IMG/VR virus record: IMGVR_UViG_3300020048_000032
Location: 19,147 to 83,146 of that record
Reading direction: 5' to 3' (one strand)
DNA length: 64,000 bases
Origin: a virus
Lineage: Duplodnaviria > Heunggongvirae > Uroviricota > Caudoviricetes
Shown here: positions 1-9,154 of the stretch, piece after piece
How the letters are laid out: every line of letters begins with the position of its first letter
Numbering within the stretch: position 1 is the stretch's first letter
Notes under the pieces: generated by a model
Told to the model about the DNA's origin: nothing
Seen by the model: the letters and a program-made list of their open reading frames with translations, nothing else
Databases searched by the model: none
Position numbers and translations under genes: made by a program

Positions 1-69
1 TCTAACGCGTCTCCCTTCGCCCTAATCAGGTTGTTCTTATATAGCTCTTTGATATCATCTGCGTTCATG
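1..69 (-). CDS. hypothetical protein, N-terminal part only; gene runs off the left edge
   Basis: ATG at 67-69 (minus strand) abuts the stop of the upstream ORF; frame is open to position 1 (MNADDIKELYKNNLIRAKGDAL...). Confidence 0.35.
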
Positions 70-318
70 TTATTCTACCTCTCTAAATTCAAAATAATGT
101 ATATTCTTTAATGCTATTCCACGGAATAAATGGCAGGTTCCAACTTTCCACTCAGGACTATTTAATGGTTTATATTCAAACTTTGTTTCCCAATGGTCTA
201 ACAGAAACTGCAATTTTTCTTTTAGTGTCATTACACTCCCTTTTTGATTCTGCTCAATCACTCTATTCTTTTCTTCTACAGTAACCCCTTCAACAATTTC
301 AATTATTGGCGACCACAT
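70..318 (-). CDS. hypothetical protein
   Basis: ORF track; tightly packed minus-strand gene array. Confidence 0.5.
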   Translation of the reverse strand: MWSPIIEIVEGVTVEEKNRVIEQNQKGSVMTLKEKLQFLLDHWETKFEYKPLNSPEWKVGTCHLFRGIALKNIHYFEFREVE

Positions 319-319
319 A

Positions 320-640
320 CTACTCCTCCTTTATCTTAAGATATTTACCTAACGAATACTTTTCGATAAGTTCTTTTGTAAGCCGCTTAATCTGGTGCGG
401 CTGGTCTATATAGTATTTTCCTTCAACTATACGTAAACATACCCAGACGTCTTCAGACTCTACTAAGGTTATACTCTTGCCGACAAAATCTGTTATACCA
501 TCTGAAGTAAGAAATGTTTTAACTTTTCCTATATCTTCTAATGCTACCTTAGGTTTTAATACGATGTGTGGATATTTAACTTCATAGCTGATTATCTTTT
601 CTTCCGTAGATACTTCTACTTTTTTTATGCGACCCATCAA
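320..640 (-). CDS. hypothetical protein
   Basis: ORF track; 1-nt gap to downstream gene, 4-nt overlap with upstream gene (operon packing). Confidence 0.5.
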   Translation of the reverse strand: MMGRIKKVEVSTEEKIISYEVKYPHIVLKPKVALEDIGKVKTFLTSDGITDFVGKSITLVESEDVWVCLRIVEGKYYIDQPHQIKRLTKELIEKYSLGKYLKIKEE

Positions 641-873
641 GTTTCCTTTGTTACTAGATAAAAGAAGTCATGGTGACTGCCATAATCAAATAAAGTATTA
701 CCGTACTCATCAAACCAGCTGCGCATATAAAAACACTGCACCTTCATGGTCTTGTGCATCTCTTCAAAAAATGCAAGACGAATCTCTTCAAAGTCGTCCG
801 CTTTAAATGTTCTAATCAGTATGCTGTCCTTAACATCGTACCCAGGACCCTGTCTTAATTCAAACTCTGGCAT
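637..873 (-). CDS. hypothetical protein
   Basis: ORF track; GGAGG-like RBS upstream. Confidence 0.5.
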   Translation of the reverse strand: MPEFELRQGPGYDVKDSILIRTFKADDFEEIRLAFFEEMHKTMKVQCFYMRSWFDEYGNTLFDYGSHHDFFYLVTKET

Positions 874-981
874 ATAGGCCTCCGTTCTTTTTTATAATAT
901 TAGTAACAATAGAATGATAACAAGAATTATCTCAACGCATAACGCAATGATAAACCCTCTAAAAAATTCCATAGGGATACC

Positions 982-1157
982 TATTTAATCAACAGGTCAA
1001 ATATACCCGCCATATAAAATAGTCCCATTTGAATTAAAAACGCAATAAATGTAATCCAAAAATTATTATAACCCTTCTTGGGCATGCCGTGTTCTGACAT
1101 AGATACGCCCATACCCAAAAATACTAAAATAAAATATATGATTAAATATATATTCAT
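982..1157 (-). CDS. small hydrophobic membrane protein (58 aa), missing from the 60-aa ORF track
   Basis: ATGA start/stop overlap with ORF 1154..1618; translates to MNIYLIIYFILVFLGMGVSM...FIAFLIQMGLFYMAGIFDLLIK with two predicted TM helices. Confidence 0.4.
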
Positions 1158-1618
1158 CTGTTCTCCTTTATGTTGTCTTCAACAATTTTTTCAAAGTTTG
1201 TATCTATGAAGTAAACCATTTCAAATCCTTGAACATATATTCTTCTTGACATAACCATTACATTATTAGAAGGGATATAATCACAACTTAACTCTGTCTT
1301 AATAGGTTCTTTGTCGGTTGTAGCCATATTCAATTCATTAACGATTTTGTCATATACCTTTTTGTTTACTTCTTCTACTTTTTCACTTTCTTTTACTAAC
1401 TTTTCTAATAGTTCTTCAATTACCTTTTGGCGATATTCAAGCCGCAAACTCATTTCGTATTTATCTGTCCTAAAAAATAATTCGAACGGATTTTTAGATT
1501 GAGAGATAATCTTTTTATCTCTAACATAGCTGTCTTCCTGTTCTCCCATGCGAAGTGATTTATATAGGTCTAATATTTGTTCCTTAGCGTTCATATCATT
1601 TCCTTTCATTATAAGCAC
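1154..1618 (-). CDS. hypothetical protein
   Basis: ORF track (154 aa). Confidence 0.5.
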   Translation of the reverse strand: MLIMKGNDMNAKEQILDLYKSLRMGEQEDSYVRDKKIISQSKNPFELFFRTDKYEMSLRLEYRQKVIEELLEKLVKESEKVEEVNKKVYDKIVNELNMATTDKEPIKTELSCDYIPSNNVMVMSRRIYVQGFEMVYFIDTNFEKIVEDNIKENR

Positions 1619-2022
1619 TTTCTCAATTCATCAAGTGATACTTCTGTGTCAAGTTTGATAAATCGAAACACATTGTAAAATGGTAGCCAAGTAGGTATTG
1701 CGAACTTATTTCTTACATACAAAGAACCGTTAGCGTCAACACCAATAACATCCATATCCTCAAATACATTTCTAACTATCGCCTTTTCATCTTCACTCAA
1801 TGTGTATTTAGGCAAGGGTGTAATTTCGGCATCAAGCAAATCGCTAATAGAAAAATCGTTATATTCCCACTCATCAGTGATACGGTTATAACCTTCAATT
1901 TTAAGTTGCTCACGAATAATTCTATATTTTTTACCAAGATTAAATTCACTGCACATAAATTCTGTTTTTCCTACTTCTATTCCTAAATGTGATAAGAACT
2001 GCTCTGTTGTCATTTTAGGCAT
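1609..2022 (-). CDS. hypothetical protein, paralog family A (N-term TTEQFLSHLGIEV, central EITPLPKYTLSEDEKAIVR, C-term LDELRKCL)
   Basis: Clear sequence similarity to ORFs 21074..21544, 42641..43051, 43051..43473 and 43479..43943. Confidence 0.6.
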   Translation of the reverse strand: MPKMTTEQFLSHLGIEVGKTEFMCSEFNLGKKYRIIREQLKIEGYNRITDEWEYNDFSISDLLDAEITPLPKYTLSEDEKAIVRNVFEDMDVIGVDANGSLYVRNKFAIPTWLPFYNVFRFIKLDTEVSLDELRKCL

Positions 2023-2282
2023 AAGTTCGCCGCCTTTCTTAGTAGGTCATTGTACTCATCAAACAAGGTTTCATAAGTTCTGTCAATCATCATTAAGATT
2101 TCTTTCATCTCTTCTTCTCCGATAATATATTCATTTAACTGGTCTAATCTAATTGCATAGGGCATCTCGTTTACCCTTAACTCTAAAGTTGAGCTAATTT
2201 TAGCAAACTTAAAACAAGTAACAATATCAGTAACATAAATAATCTTCTGGTCCCTTTTACTGAATACTGCAATTTTAGTCAT
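2010..2282 (-). CDS. hypothetical protein
   Basis: ORF track. Confidence 0.5.
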   Translation of the reverse strand: MTKIAVFSKRDQKIIYVTDIVTCFKFAKISSTLELRVNEMPYAIRLDQLNEYIIGEEEMKEILMMIDRTYETLFDEYNDLLRKAANLCLK

Positions 2283-2505
2283 TGTCTAAACTCCTTTGCA
2301 ATTTGAACTTAACATCATTAGGATAAACCCAAGGGTTATTTAGGTTATAATAATTTTCTACATATATAAATCCATTTTCTTCCCAAATCTTACTAACAGG
2401 GTCAATCCACTCATGTTCCGTTCCATCTTCTCTAATTAGGCAAAACTGCATTTGTTCTTCTTGTGTAAACTCCTGTGTCATTATTTCAGTCATGCTGCTC
2501 CTCAC
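2275..2505 (-). CDS. hypothetical protein
   Basis: ORF track. Confidence 0.5.
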   Translation of the reverse strand: MRSSMTEIMTQEFTQEEQMQFCLIREDGTEHEWIDPVSKIWEENGFIYVENYYNLNNPWVYPNDVKFKLQRSLDND

Positions 2506-2686
2506 TTATTTCTAACCATACCAATGAGGCATATAAGATGCTAAAAAGGAATTGTATTATATGACCCCAATTGCCTGTGTTTAAATAAATAGGAATGAAA
2601 CTAATAACAGCCGAAGCTAAACTAAGTAAAAACAGAAATCTAGTCCATACTTTCTCAAAGTGTTTCATTAGTATCCTCCTCATCAA
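2486..2686 (-). CDS. small membrane protein
   Basis: ORF track; two hydrophobic segments. Confidence 0.45.
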   Translation of the reverse strand: MMRRILMKHFEKVWTRFLFLLSLASAVISFIPIYLNTGNWGHIIQFLFSILYASLVWLEISEEQHD

Positions 2687-2930
2687 GAAATGGGAATTGT
2701 AATGCTCTCATAACGTCTTCATGCATTCTCTTTTCAGAAAAGTTAAGTAACCCCAGCTGTTCCTCAAGCTCTAGTAAAACTATTTTTTGCTGCTTAATTT
2801 TATCTAGATGAGACTCTATAGCATCTCTAGACACGTCTAAGTTCTTTCTTAGTTCTAAATAATCTTTCCTTGTCATTTGAAATTCTTTCTTGGAACCTTC
2901 GTAGTGGTCGATAGATTTTTCTGTTGGCAT
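2655..2930 (-). CDS. hypothetical protein
   Basis: ORF track. Confidence 0.5.
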   Translation of the reverse strand: MPTEKSIDHYEGSKKEFQMTRKDYLELRKNLDVSRDAIESHLDKIKQQKIVLLELEEQLGLLNFSEKRMHEDVMRALQFPFLDEEDTNETL

Positions 2931-2948
2931 TTTAATCTCCTTTGTTGT

Positions 2949-3353
2949 TTAACCGAAGTATAAGTTTCTTCTGTGCTTATAACAGTATTCAAACGCTTGA
3001 ATAAAGTCTTGATTAATATAGTATGCAGTACTTCCGTCTAGCGGGTCTAGCTTTAGTTTTATTAACTCATTATAGATTAAGCGACATTCTTTAGGAGTAA
3101 ACATTCCATCGCAGTCGCTGTGCTCCAAGAATACCTTTAGGCCTTCATTTTTTGATAACAAGTCCCAGTAATAATGTTCTTCTGTATACGTGATATCATC
3201 CTGATAAGGAATCGACATTGCCTTCTTATAAATCTCTCCAAGTGTTTTATCATATGCTTTCGCAACAGATAACCTATAGAAATTGAAAGTGCTATAACAG
3301 ATTCTAATATAAGCCTCTATTGCATCATTTTTTGTATAGGTAGCTAACCCCAT
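2949..3353 (-). CDS. hypothetical protein
   Basis: ORF track. Confidence 0.5.
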   Translation of the reverse strand: MGLATYTKNDAIEAYIRICYSTFNFYRLSVAKAYDKTLGEIYKKAMSIPYQDDITYTEEHYYWDLLSKNEGLKVFLEHSDCDGMFTPKECRLIYNELIKLKLDPLDGSTAYYINQDFIQAFEYCYKHRRNLYFG

Positions 3354-3656
3354 TTAGTTCTCCTTTGGCGTGTTTTCTTCCACTAGTTTAAGTGCAAGTT
3401 CATCGAGTTTTTTCTCATAGTTTTTCTTTACTTTGTGTAGCGTCTTTATCATAGCTTTTGCTTCAGGCAAGCCTATAGTAAACTGCCAAGTATCATCTTT
3501 CTGATAGTCTTCCTTCTTTATAATATACAAATTATCTTTTTTAAGCTTCTTAGAATCGCTATATTCCCTGAGCAAGGCTATTTTGCGTTCTGCATCGCTT
3601 ATTAAGCCGTGACAAATCTGCATATGAGTCAAAGTTGCTTTAGATACTGGGTTCAT
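3354..3656 (-). CDS. hypothetical protein
   Basis: ORF track. Confidence 0.5.
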   Translation of the reverse strand: MNPVSKATLTHMQICHGLISDAERKIALLREYSDSKKLKKDNLYIIKKEDYQKDDTWQFTIGLPEAKAMIKTLHKVKKNYEKKLDELALKLVEENTPKEN

Positions 3657-3805
3657 TTTCTTTCTCCTTATAGTTGTCTATTAGTTCTTTTAGTTTCATA
3701 ATCGCTACATCAAACTGCTTATATTCAACAAAAGACAAATCACGCTTATTAAAAAGTTTGCTTACCTTTTCTAACGCTTCTTGATACTCCCTTTTAGTTC
3801 TCATC
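3657..3805 (-). CDS. small protein (about 50 aa), MRTKxEYQEAL family; missing from ORF track
   Basis: ATG at 3803-3805 overlaps the stop of 3794..4102; N-terminus MRTKREYQEALEKV matches ORFs 62503..62817 and 62807..63088. Confidence 0.45.
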
Positions 3806-4102
3806 AATCCACCCTAACTCTTTCATTTGTTGTGTAATTGCTTTTAATGTAGGCATATCAACCCAGCTATATTGCTCTTTATGTTTCTTATCAATATAAC
3901 AAACTTTAAACTCATATGTGAACTTAGATATTGTTAATATACACTCATCCTGTTGATATGCTATGCTTCCATTATTCTCATATGCAAAAGCCCAGCCTAT
4001 CTTCTTAAACATTTCCTTAGCCGATAAAGGTTTATTATCTTCTTCGTTGAATCTTTCAATTATTCTTTCAGCATCATCATAACAACAGCCTTTAGTTTTC
4101 AT
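3794..4102 (-). CDS. hypothetical protein, paralog of 63066..63317 (shared C-terminus ITQQMKELGWIDEN)
   Basis: ORF track; about 40 nt of near-identical DNA at both loci. Confidence 0.55.
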   Translation of the reverse strand: MKTKGCCYDDAERIIERFNEEDNKPLSAKEMFKKIGWAFAYENNGSIAYQQDECILTISKFTYEFKVCYIDKKHKEQYSWVDMPTLKAITQQMKELGWIDEN

Positions 4103-4281
4103 TTGCTCTCCTTGAAAGTTAAGCGTTTTGCGTATTCTTTTTGAGAAATGTGGGCGGGGTTATAAACGGTTGAGGCATCCCGACTAGACGTAATATGAAA
4201 ATTGCTTTTAAAAGACAGAGGGTCTTTCACGCGGTAGGCTTCCTCTTTAGTACAACGTTGCTTTTTCATAATGCGTTTCAT
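4099..4281 (-). CDS. hypothetical protein
   Basis: ORF track; 4-nt overlaps on both sides. Confidence 0.45.
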   Translation of the reverse strand: MKRIMKKQRCTKEEAYRVKDPLSFKSNFHITSSRDASTVYNPAHISQKEYAKRLTFKESK

Positions 4282-4637
4282 TTTAAGTTTAATCCTTGAG
4301 AGGCATGGTCTCTAGCAAGCATAAGCAGCGCACGGTCCGTTATTCCATAACGTCTGAGCTGGCCTTCTCTCGCAATAAGATAAGTAACAATTACTTTCTT
4401 TACTAAGTTGGCAATTACTACCACACCTGTAGTCGTTACTGTATGCAATTCTAATCCCTCGGTGTGACCTGTATCTACGATATAAGAAGAATGCTTCTTA
4501 AATTCACCTAAGGCAAGTGCTGCATCGCGGCGAGTTTTACGATAAGATTCATGAATGGTGTTAACACATTCTAATTCTAAGGCATTTAATTCAGAAGATT
4601 CTTTTACTTCAAATTTTGTTCTAGCTGTTTGTGTCAT
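4278..4637 (-). CDS. hypothetical protein
   Basis: ORF track; AGGAGA RBS; directly downstream of a consensus promoter. Confidence 0.55.
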   Translation of the reverse strand: MTQTARTKFEVKESSELNALELECVNTIHESYRKTRRDAALALGEFKKHSSYIVDTGHTEGLELHTVTTTGVVVIANLVKKVIVTYLIAREGQLRRYGITDRALLMLARDHASQGLNLK

Positions 4638-4653
4638 GTTTATCTCCTAATTC

Positions 4654-4682
4654 ATTATATCATGCTTTTTGACATTTGTAAA
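4654..4682 (-). promoter_or_regulatory. sigma-A-like promoter, minus strand: -35 TTTACA, 17-nt spacer, -10 TATAAT
   Basis: Plus strand reads cATTATAtcatg...TGTAAA; one of five near-identical copies (also 12646, 22285, 24909, 37518). Confidence 0.65.
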
Positions 4683-4685
4683 TAA

Positions 4686-4874
4686 TTATTTATTCTTTGT
4701 ACCAATTGGTTCTAACAAACTTAAGATAGCTTCGTTATGTTCACTTGTAATCTTAGTTGCTACGGAATATTCTAACCCTTCTACTATTTTATACCCAGTA
4801 TAAGTTTCAACAATTATCTTACCGTTCCCTACGTCTGATACTCTCCACAATAATCCATTTAAATATTTATCCAT
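4686..4874 (-). CDS. hypothetical protein
   Basis: ORF track. Confidence 0.45.
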   Translation of the reverse strand: MDKYLNGLLWRVSDVGNGKIIVETYTGYKIVEGLEYSVATKITSEHNEAILSLLEPIGTKNK

Positions 4875-4952
4875 TTGTTCCTGCTTTCTTTAAATAACTC
4901 TCCATTAATATATACTCTTTATCTTAATCCTGAGTTAGAGAAAGCACAGTTG

Positions 4953-5165
4953 TTACTGTGCTTTAATTTCTTCTTCTTCTTTTTCACTTTGCATATATGC
5001 TAACAATATTTGACCCGTAACTACGGAAGACTGCGCCATAGCATCGGCTAATCCTTTTATAATCTCTCCAAATCCGTTAACGGATGATGCTAAACGTGTA
5101 ATTGCCAACCAATAGCCCATTCCGAGCCCCAGGGAGAACAATACTAAACCCGCCAAGTATAACAT
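4953..5165 (-). CDS. small membrane protein
   Basis: ORF track; hydrophobic N-terminal half; stem-loop at its 3' end (4941-4964). Confidence 0.5.
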   Translation of the reverse strand: MLYLAGLVLFSLGLGMGYWLAITRLASSVNGFGEIIKGLADAMAQSSVVTGQILLAYMQSEKEEEEIKAQ

Positions 5166-5371
5166 TACTCTTTAAACCAATGCTTCTCAAACTCAATTAA
5201 ATACTCCTCAAGGCGTTCGTCTTCTATATAGAATAGGTCATCTATCCTATAGGTAGCATGCATGTACTCTTGGAACGCACCAAGCAATTGAATAAATCTC
5301 AAGTCAGGTGATTTCTTCCATAGTCGGCTTAGGGTACGTAATAAATTACTTATTCGCTTAGGGTCACGCAT
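5165..5371 (-). CDS. hypothetical protein
   Basis: ORF track. Confidence 0.5.
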   Translation of the reverse strand: MRDPKRISNLLRTLSRLWKKSPDLRFIQLLGAFQEYMHATYRIDDLFYIEDERLEEYLIEFEKHWFKE

Positions 5372-5757
5372 CAGCTAAACTCCTCTTCCATAAACTCATA
5401 CCCGTAAGGGTCGGTATATACATTTAAGTCTACCTTAGCATGCAGACGTCTTGGTTCCTTAAACTGCCTATAATTAATGAGCTCTAGCAAATCACCAAAA
5501 GAAAGTTCTTGGTTGTACTCATCGACTACTTTCAAATACTTTTTATTCTCTGAGTAAAATTGTTCAAACTCTATATAGGTACTGAAGTAGTCTGACTTCA
5601 TAAACAATGCCGCCCAGCCCATAGACATCTTACAGATGTGTAACACCTTAGTGTCAAACACTCTTTTGAAGGGTCTATGGATTCTTATTGAAACCCATTT
5701 GGTATCTATCTTATAATCTTTGTCATGCTTATGAATAAAATAATAGTTTGTTCCCAT
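5371..5757 (-). CDS. hypothetical protein
   Basis: ORF track. Confidence 0.5.
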   Translation of the reverse strand: MGTNYYFIHKHDKDYKIDTKWVSIRIHRPFKRVFDTKVLHICKMSMGWAALFMKSDYFSTYIEFEQFYSENKKYLKVVDEYNQELSFGDLLELINYRQFKEPRRLHAKVDLNVYTDPYGYEFMEEEFS

Positions 5758-5760
5758 TGT

Positions 5761-5894
5761 TATTTCCTCTTTACGTATGGATTTCTTACAGGAGTACTTG
5801 CGATATTTTTTGCTCTAAGTGCTGCAAATGCTCCAACGCTTAAAGTAAGTAGGAATACCCAAACTGCCCCAGCTGATACATGTCTATTTTTCAT
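5761..5894 (-). CDS. small membrane protein (about 44 aa), missing from ORF track
   Basis: Strong RBS TAGGAGGACAA-ATG; MKNRHVSAGAVWVFLLTLSVGAFAALRAKNIASTPVRNPYVKRK; stop overlaps the start of 5371..5757. This replaces the plus-strand ORF 5725..5964. Confidence 0.45.
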
Positions 5895-5902
5895 TTGTCC
5901 TC

Positions 5903-6238
5903 CTATAAAACTCTACATGATATACTGTCTAATTTATAAATTAATTTTCTTAAGATATTGCTAAATATAATTCTTATACGATTGCCATGTAGAGTTTTGT
6001 ATAGGTAGTCGTTCTTGTCTATACTTATTGGTGTGTTCACTTTTATAGGAAGGACTTCAGAGATATGGTCTATAATTACCAATCCAAGCTGAACAGAATG
6101 TTTGTCAAGCCATAACAGTAATGTCCCATACGAATTAAACTGCGCTACGTATGTTCTACCTGTAGTGTACTTAATAATAAACTTTTCTTCTGTACCTGCA
6201 TACTTAGCAAGTAATTCTAGGCTTCTCTTTATTTCCAT
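5903..6238 (-). CDS. hypothetical protein
   Basis: ORF track. Confidence 0.5.
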   Translation of the reverse strand: MEIKRSLELLAKYAGTEEKFIIKYTTGRTYVAQFNSYGTLLLWLDKHSVQLGLVIIDHISEVLPIKVNTPISIDKNDYLYKTLHGNRIRIIFSNILRKLIYKLDSISCRVL

Positions 6239-6239
6239 A

Positions 6240-7598
6240 TTAAACTCCCGGGTATGTTTTTGATTCTAACTCCTCGAATAAGTATTGTGTCGAATTGATA
6301 TACTTCCCTGATTTGCTTACATTCAATCGTAAGAAACCTGGCATGCTGCTAAAGAATAAGTGGTCTGAGAAGTCTGTATCACTTGTTACTGCAGGCGCAA
6401 AGATTAAACTTTCCTGAACACCACGATACATATTTTTATTCTTGTGTGAATATGAATGCCAGTGGCCTGCTAAGAAATAGTTAATATGACGGTCATGTCT
6501 TGTTGAACCATTTTCTAATAGGCGTTCAGACCGTGAATATTTATGTCCATGTGAAACTAACATAGTAGCCCCATCGAATTCTAAAATAAATTCCGACTTC
6601 TGGATATAAGTCAAGTTAAGTAAGTCATTGTATTTGTGTGCCATATTAATGTCACTTTCAATTCGTGCTGTTACTAATAGTTGTAATGAGTCTTCAAGTT
6701 CATTTCTCTTTGTATTAAATGTTCTCAACTGGGAGTGGTTATCATCGTTAACATGAAGCATGGTAATCTTTACGTCTGAATGTTTCTTTGCAAACTTCTG
6801 AAGTGTTTCAGATAAGAATGTAGAATAGTCCCTTGCTTGAACAGTCATATCTTCTGTTATACGCATTAGCTGCGATACACGTAATGAACTGCCTTCAATG
6901 TCATCAGCTAAATCTATAATAAAGATTTCTTTCAGTTTATACTGTATAATCTGCTCACTTATAACTCGATAGATTGCCTCTATTCTGCCTGCAGCAATCT
7001 CTGGATTATAGGGTGTCTGGTCAGGTTTATTTCTATATCCCCAATGAACATCACCATATGCATAAATAGGTGGACGTCCGGAGCCAACATTCAAAACAAC
7101 AAACTCTGGAATTGGGTTAAACACTATATTCCATAAGCGTATCATGGTCTCTACAGTAGCACTTCTGGTTGCGTTCTCTTTGGCGTAACCCTCTACTATT
7201 GCACGCTCAAGCACAAGTCTTTTACGCTCTTCTCTAAGCTCTGCCATAGCTCTGGCAGCTCTCTGTATAATATTTTCATTTCGGTCTATAGTAGATTGTG
7301 AGATTGTTGGATTAGGATTCTCTATTTCAGTACTAGAGTCCGTGGCTTCCAGAACATCTTCTACAATTTCTGCCATCTCTGTGTCAGATACTTCCCATGG
7401 TCTTGAATCGTAGTGATATGCGCGGTAGTATGTTGACTTCTCACAGTCTAATCCTAGTTCCTTATTAATACAATCTGCCGCCTGCTGAATTGTACATCCT
7501 TCGTCCATACAGTATCCATAAAGCTCTACTGCCTTCTGTCGATTTTCACCTTTAAGGGTAGTTCTCGGTTTTCTAATTGTCAAGTAAGTTTCCTCCAT
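6240..7598 (-). CDS. two-domain protein: N-terminal HTH-like region plus C-terminal calcineurin-like metallophosphoesterase
   Basis: Motifs GDVHWG (GDxHG), LADDIEG, NDDNHS, SHGHKY in the C-terminal half. Confidence 0.5.
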   Translation of the reverse strand: MEETYLTIRKPRTTLKGENRQKAVELYGYCMDEGCTIQQAADCINKELGLDCEKSTYYRAYHYDSRPWEVSDTEMAEIVEDVLEATDSSTEIENPNPTISQSTIDRNENIIQRAARAMAELREERKRLVLERAIVEGYAKENATRSATVETMIRLWNIVFNPIPEFVVLNVGSGRPPIYAYGDVHWGYRNKPDQTPYNPEIAAGRIEAIYRVISEQIIQYKLKEIFIIDLADDIEGSSLRVSQLMRITEDMTVQARDYSTFLSETLQKFAKKHSDVKITMLHVNDDNHSQLRTFNTKRNELEDSLQLLVTARIESDINMAHKYNDLLNLTYIQKSEFILEFDGATMLVSHGHKYSRSERLLENGSTRHDRHINYFLAGHWHSYSHKNKNMYRGVQESLIFAPAVTSDTDFSDHLFFSSMPGFLRLNVSKSGKYINSTQYLFEELESKTYPGV

Positions 7599-7954
7599 TA
7601 CTTCAATAAGTCTTCTGTTTCATTTAATTCATCTGACAATCGCGCTGCTGCACGAAGTAAACGAACTAGTTTAGAATATTCCTTTTTCTTATTAATTTCC
7701 ATAACACTATCTACTAATGTCTCTAGGTCTGAGGATACTTTATCTAGTACCTTCTTAACTGCTTCTGGACTTGCTGCTTCCTCTGGTTCATACTCTTCAG
7801 TATCACCTTTTTCCTCAGGTTCAAATCCAGGGTCTAACTCATCAAGCTCTGCATCTTCGATAATATCGTTATCTTCAACTGGCACATCGCTTTGTGTATC
7901 TGCTTTTCTAGTCTGTCCTAGGTTACCAACTACTTTTGCTAATGATGATTTCAT
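7598..7954 (-). CDS. highly acidic hypothetical protein
   Basis: ORF track; D/E-rich; GGAGGGAG RBS; class-2 promoter immediately upstream. Confidence 0.55.
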   Translation of the reverse strand: MKSSLAKVVGNLGQTRKADTQSDVPVEDNDIIEDAELDELDPGFEPEEKGDTEEYEPEEAASPEAVKKVLDKVSSDLETLVDSVMEINKKKEYSKLVRLLRAAARLSDELNETEDLLK

Positions 7955-7968
7955 TTTCTTTCTCCCTC

Positions 7969-8002
7969 CTAAATAAATACTTTAGAATATTTTCTTAAGT
8001 TA
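7969..8002 (-). promoter_or_regulatory. phage-specific promoter class 2 (minus strand): TAACTT, 15 nt, AG, TATTTATTTA, then RBS
   Basis: One of nine copies that align at fixed spacing. Confidence 0.5.
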
Positions 8003-8006
8003 CAAT

Positions 8007-8096
8007 TGGCGACAGAGGTGAGATTCGAACTCACGGAACAGTTTTGTTCTCCGGGTTTCAAAGCCGGTGCCTTAAACCAGAATCGGCCACTCTGCC
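8007..8096 (-). tRNA. tRNA-Ser(TGA): tRNA-Ser(TGA), class II with long variable arm, CCA encoded
   Basis: Hand fold: acceptor GGCAGAG/CTCTGTC, anticodon loop TTTGAAA, variable arm AGAACAAAACTGTTCC, T-arm GTGAG-TTCGAAT-CTCAC, 3' CCA. Confidence 0.75.
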
Positions 8097-8100
8097 TTCA

Positions 8101-8625
8101 TTACTTTGTTTTAATTGCGCGTTTATTTTCTAAAATTATTCTTCTTGCTTTATTAACTTCACGATGCATTGAACCGATATACTGACGATAAATCTCGTCA
8201 TGTGATAGCTTAAGCTCCACGCTCTTCGCGCGTTTAAATGAACTCAACGTATATGGGAGTTCGTGAGCGGGATTTCTCCAAGCTTCGTATACTAAAACAA
8301 ACACCCCTATGTCTTCTGGAATGTCTTTTTTAACTATTTCATAAAGTTCTTGTGGCATAACATAATAGTTATAATGCCCTATAAATGTTTTCTTCGCTCG
8401 TGAATAAAAATCGGCTTTAGATGATTTTATTTCATAGCATCTCCAGATAGGATTAAACGTAATAGGTTTACCTCTGCCATTATGTGAGGTCTTAAGTTGG
8501 TAGGATAGCATATCGACAATACCTAATCGCTTGGGCATTGTGACTTCCTCTATACCAAACTGGCCTGCTTCTTCACAGTAATTAAGGAGTGCTACTTCTA
8601 AAGTTCTTGTTAGTTCTGTTTTCAT
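8101..8625 (-). CDS. MmcB-like / PD-(D/E)XK nuclease-fold protein
   Basis: Motif WRCYEIKSSKADF (CYEIK-S-aDF is typical of the MmcB/DUF1052 family); upstream D residue. Confidence 0.5.
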   Translation of the reverse strand: MKTELTRTLEVALLNYCEEAGQFGIEEVTMPKRLGIVDMLSYQLKTSHNGRGKPITFNPIWRCYEIKSSKADFYSRAKKTFIGHYNYYVMPQELYEIVKKDIPEDIGVFVLVYEAWRNPAHELPYTLSSFKRAKSVELKLSHDEIYRQYIGSMHREVNKARRIILENKRAIKTK

Positions 8626-9004
8626 TACGCTCCTTACTTAAAAATAAGATAACTGTTGTTCGACATCAAAGGGCTTAACACCTACCACATGCCTGTGGAC
8701 TGTCTGATACAGTTATCTTATCCAGCCAACCCATACAATGTAATTGGACTGTGGACACCGTAGTGCACAATGTCTCCATTGCCAAGCACGGTATAACGCC
8801 TGCCTGTTTTGTGTCTCAAGGCTGACTTCCGGCCCATTCGTCCGGGTCCTACCTCGTGATAGCACTGTTTTGTATATTGCTTGAGTTCACAATATTGTTT
8901 GTCAATGTTCACTATGCTTTAGGGTGTTTTTGCCTTTCTTCCAACGATGTTAGCACCGTCTGAGAGTTAGATATAACCCTAAGATTATATCTCGGTTAAA
9001 AATG

Positions 9005-9150
9005 TTCTCTCGGTAAGGATTTGCACCTTACATGCAAAGGGTTCCGCGTCGTGTTGTCGTGCCTTGATGCACTTTCACATGTGCGACATGAACTGGGAAC
9101 ACATCTTCTTGCTTATATCAAGTAGCGTCTACCTATTCCGCCACGAGAGA
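9005..9150 (-). ncRNA. tRNA-like structured RNA element, copy E1 (146 nt)
   Basis: 7-bp closing stem TCTCTCG/CGAGAGA; D-arm-like GCG-GAATAGGTAGA-CGC; about 75-nt structured insert; hairpin GTAAGG-TGCAAAT-CCTTAC. Same architecture with compensatory stem changes at 17233..17360 and 17530..17643. Confidence 0.55.
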
Positions 9151-9154
9151 TATT

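Noticed and set aside
1311-1502. Plus-strand 63-aa ORF inside 1154..1618
   Set aside because: Fully nested antisense to a longer minus ORF, Ser/Phe/Leu-rich, no RBS.
4941-4972. Stem-loop AAAGCACAG-ttgtta-CTGTGCTTT followed by a T-rich tract on the plus strand, overlapping the stop of 4953..5165
   Set aside because: It has terminator geometry only on the plus strand, where there are no genes, and no U-tract in the minus sense. It may be an RNA-stability element, so I did not call it a terminator.
5725-5964. Plus-strand 79-aa ORF
   Set aside because: It overlaps a better-supported minus-strand small gene (5761-5894, strong RBS) and the 3' end of 5903-6238. Its composition is low-complexity and hydrophobic, typical of an antisense frame, and the window is otherwise all minus-strand.
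8718-8912. Minus-strand 64-aa ORF in the 8626-9004 region
   Set aside because: It lies within a GC-rich, hairpin-dense stretch with no RBS. It is more likely a chance frame within a structured RNA.
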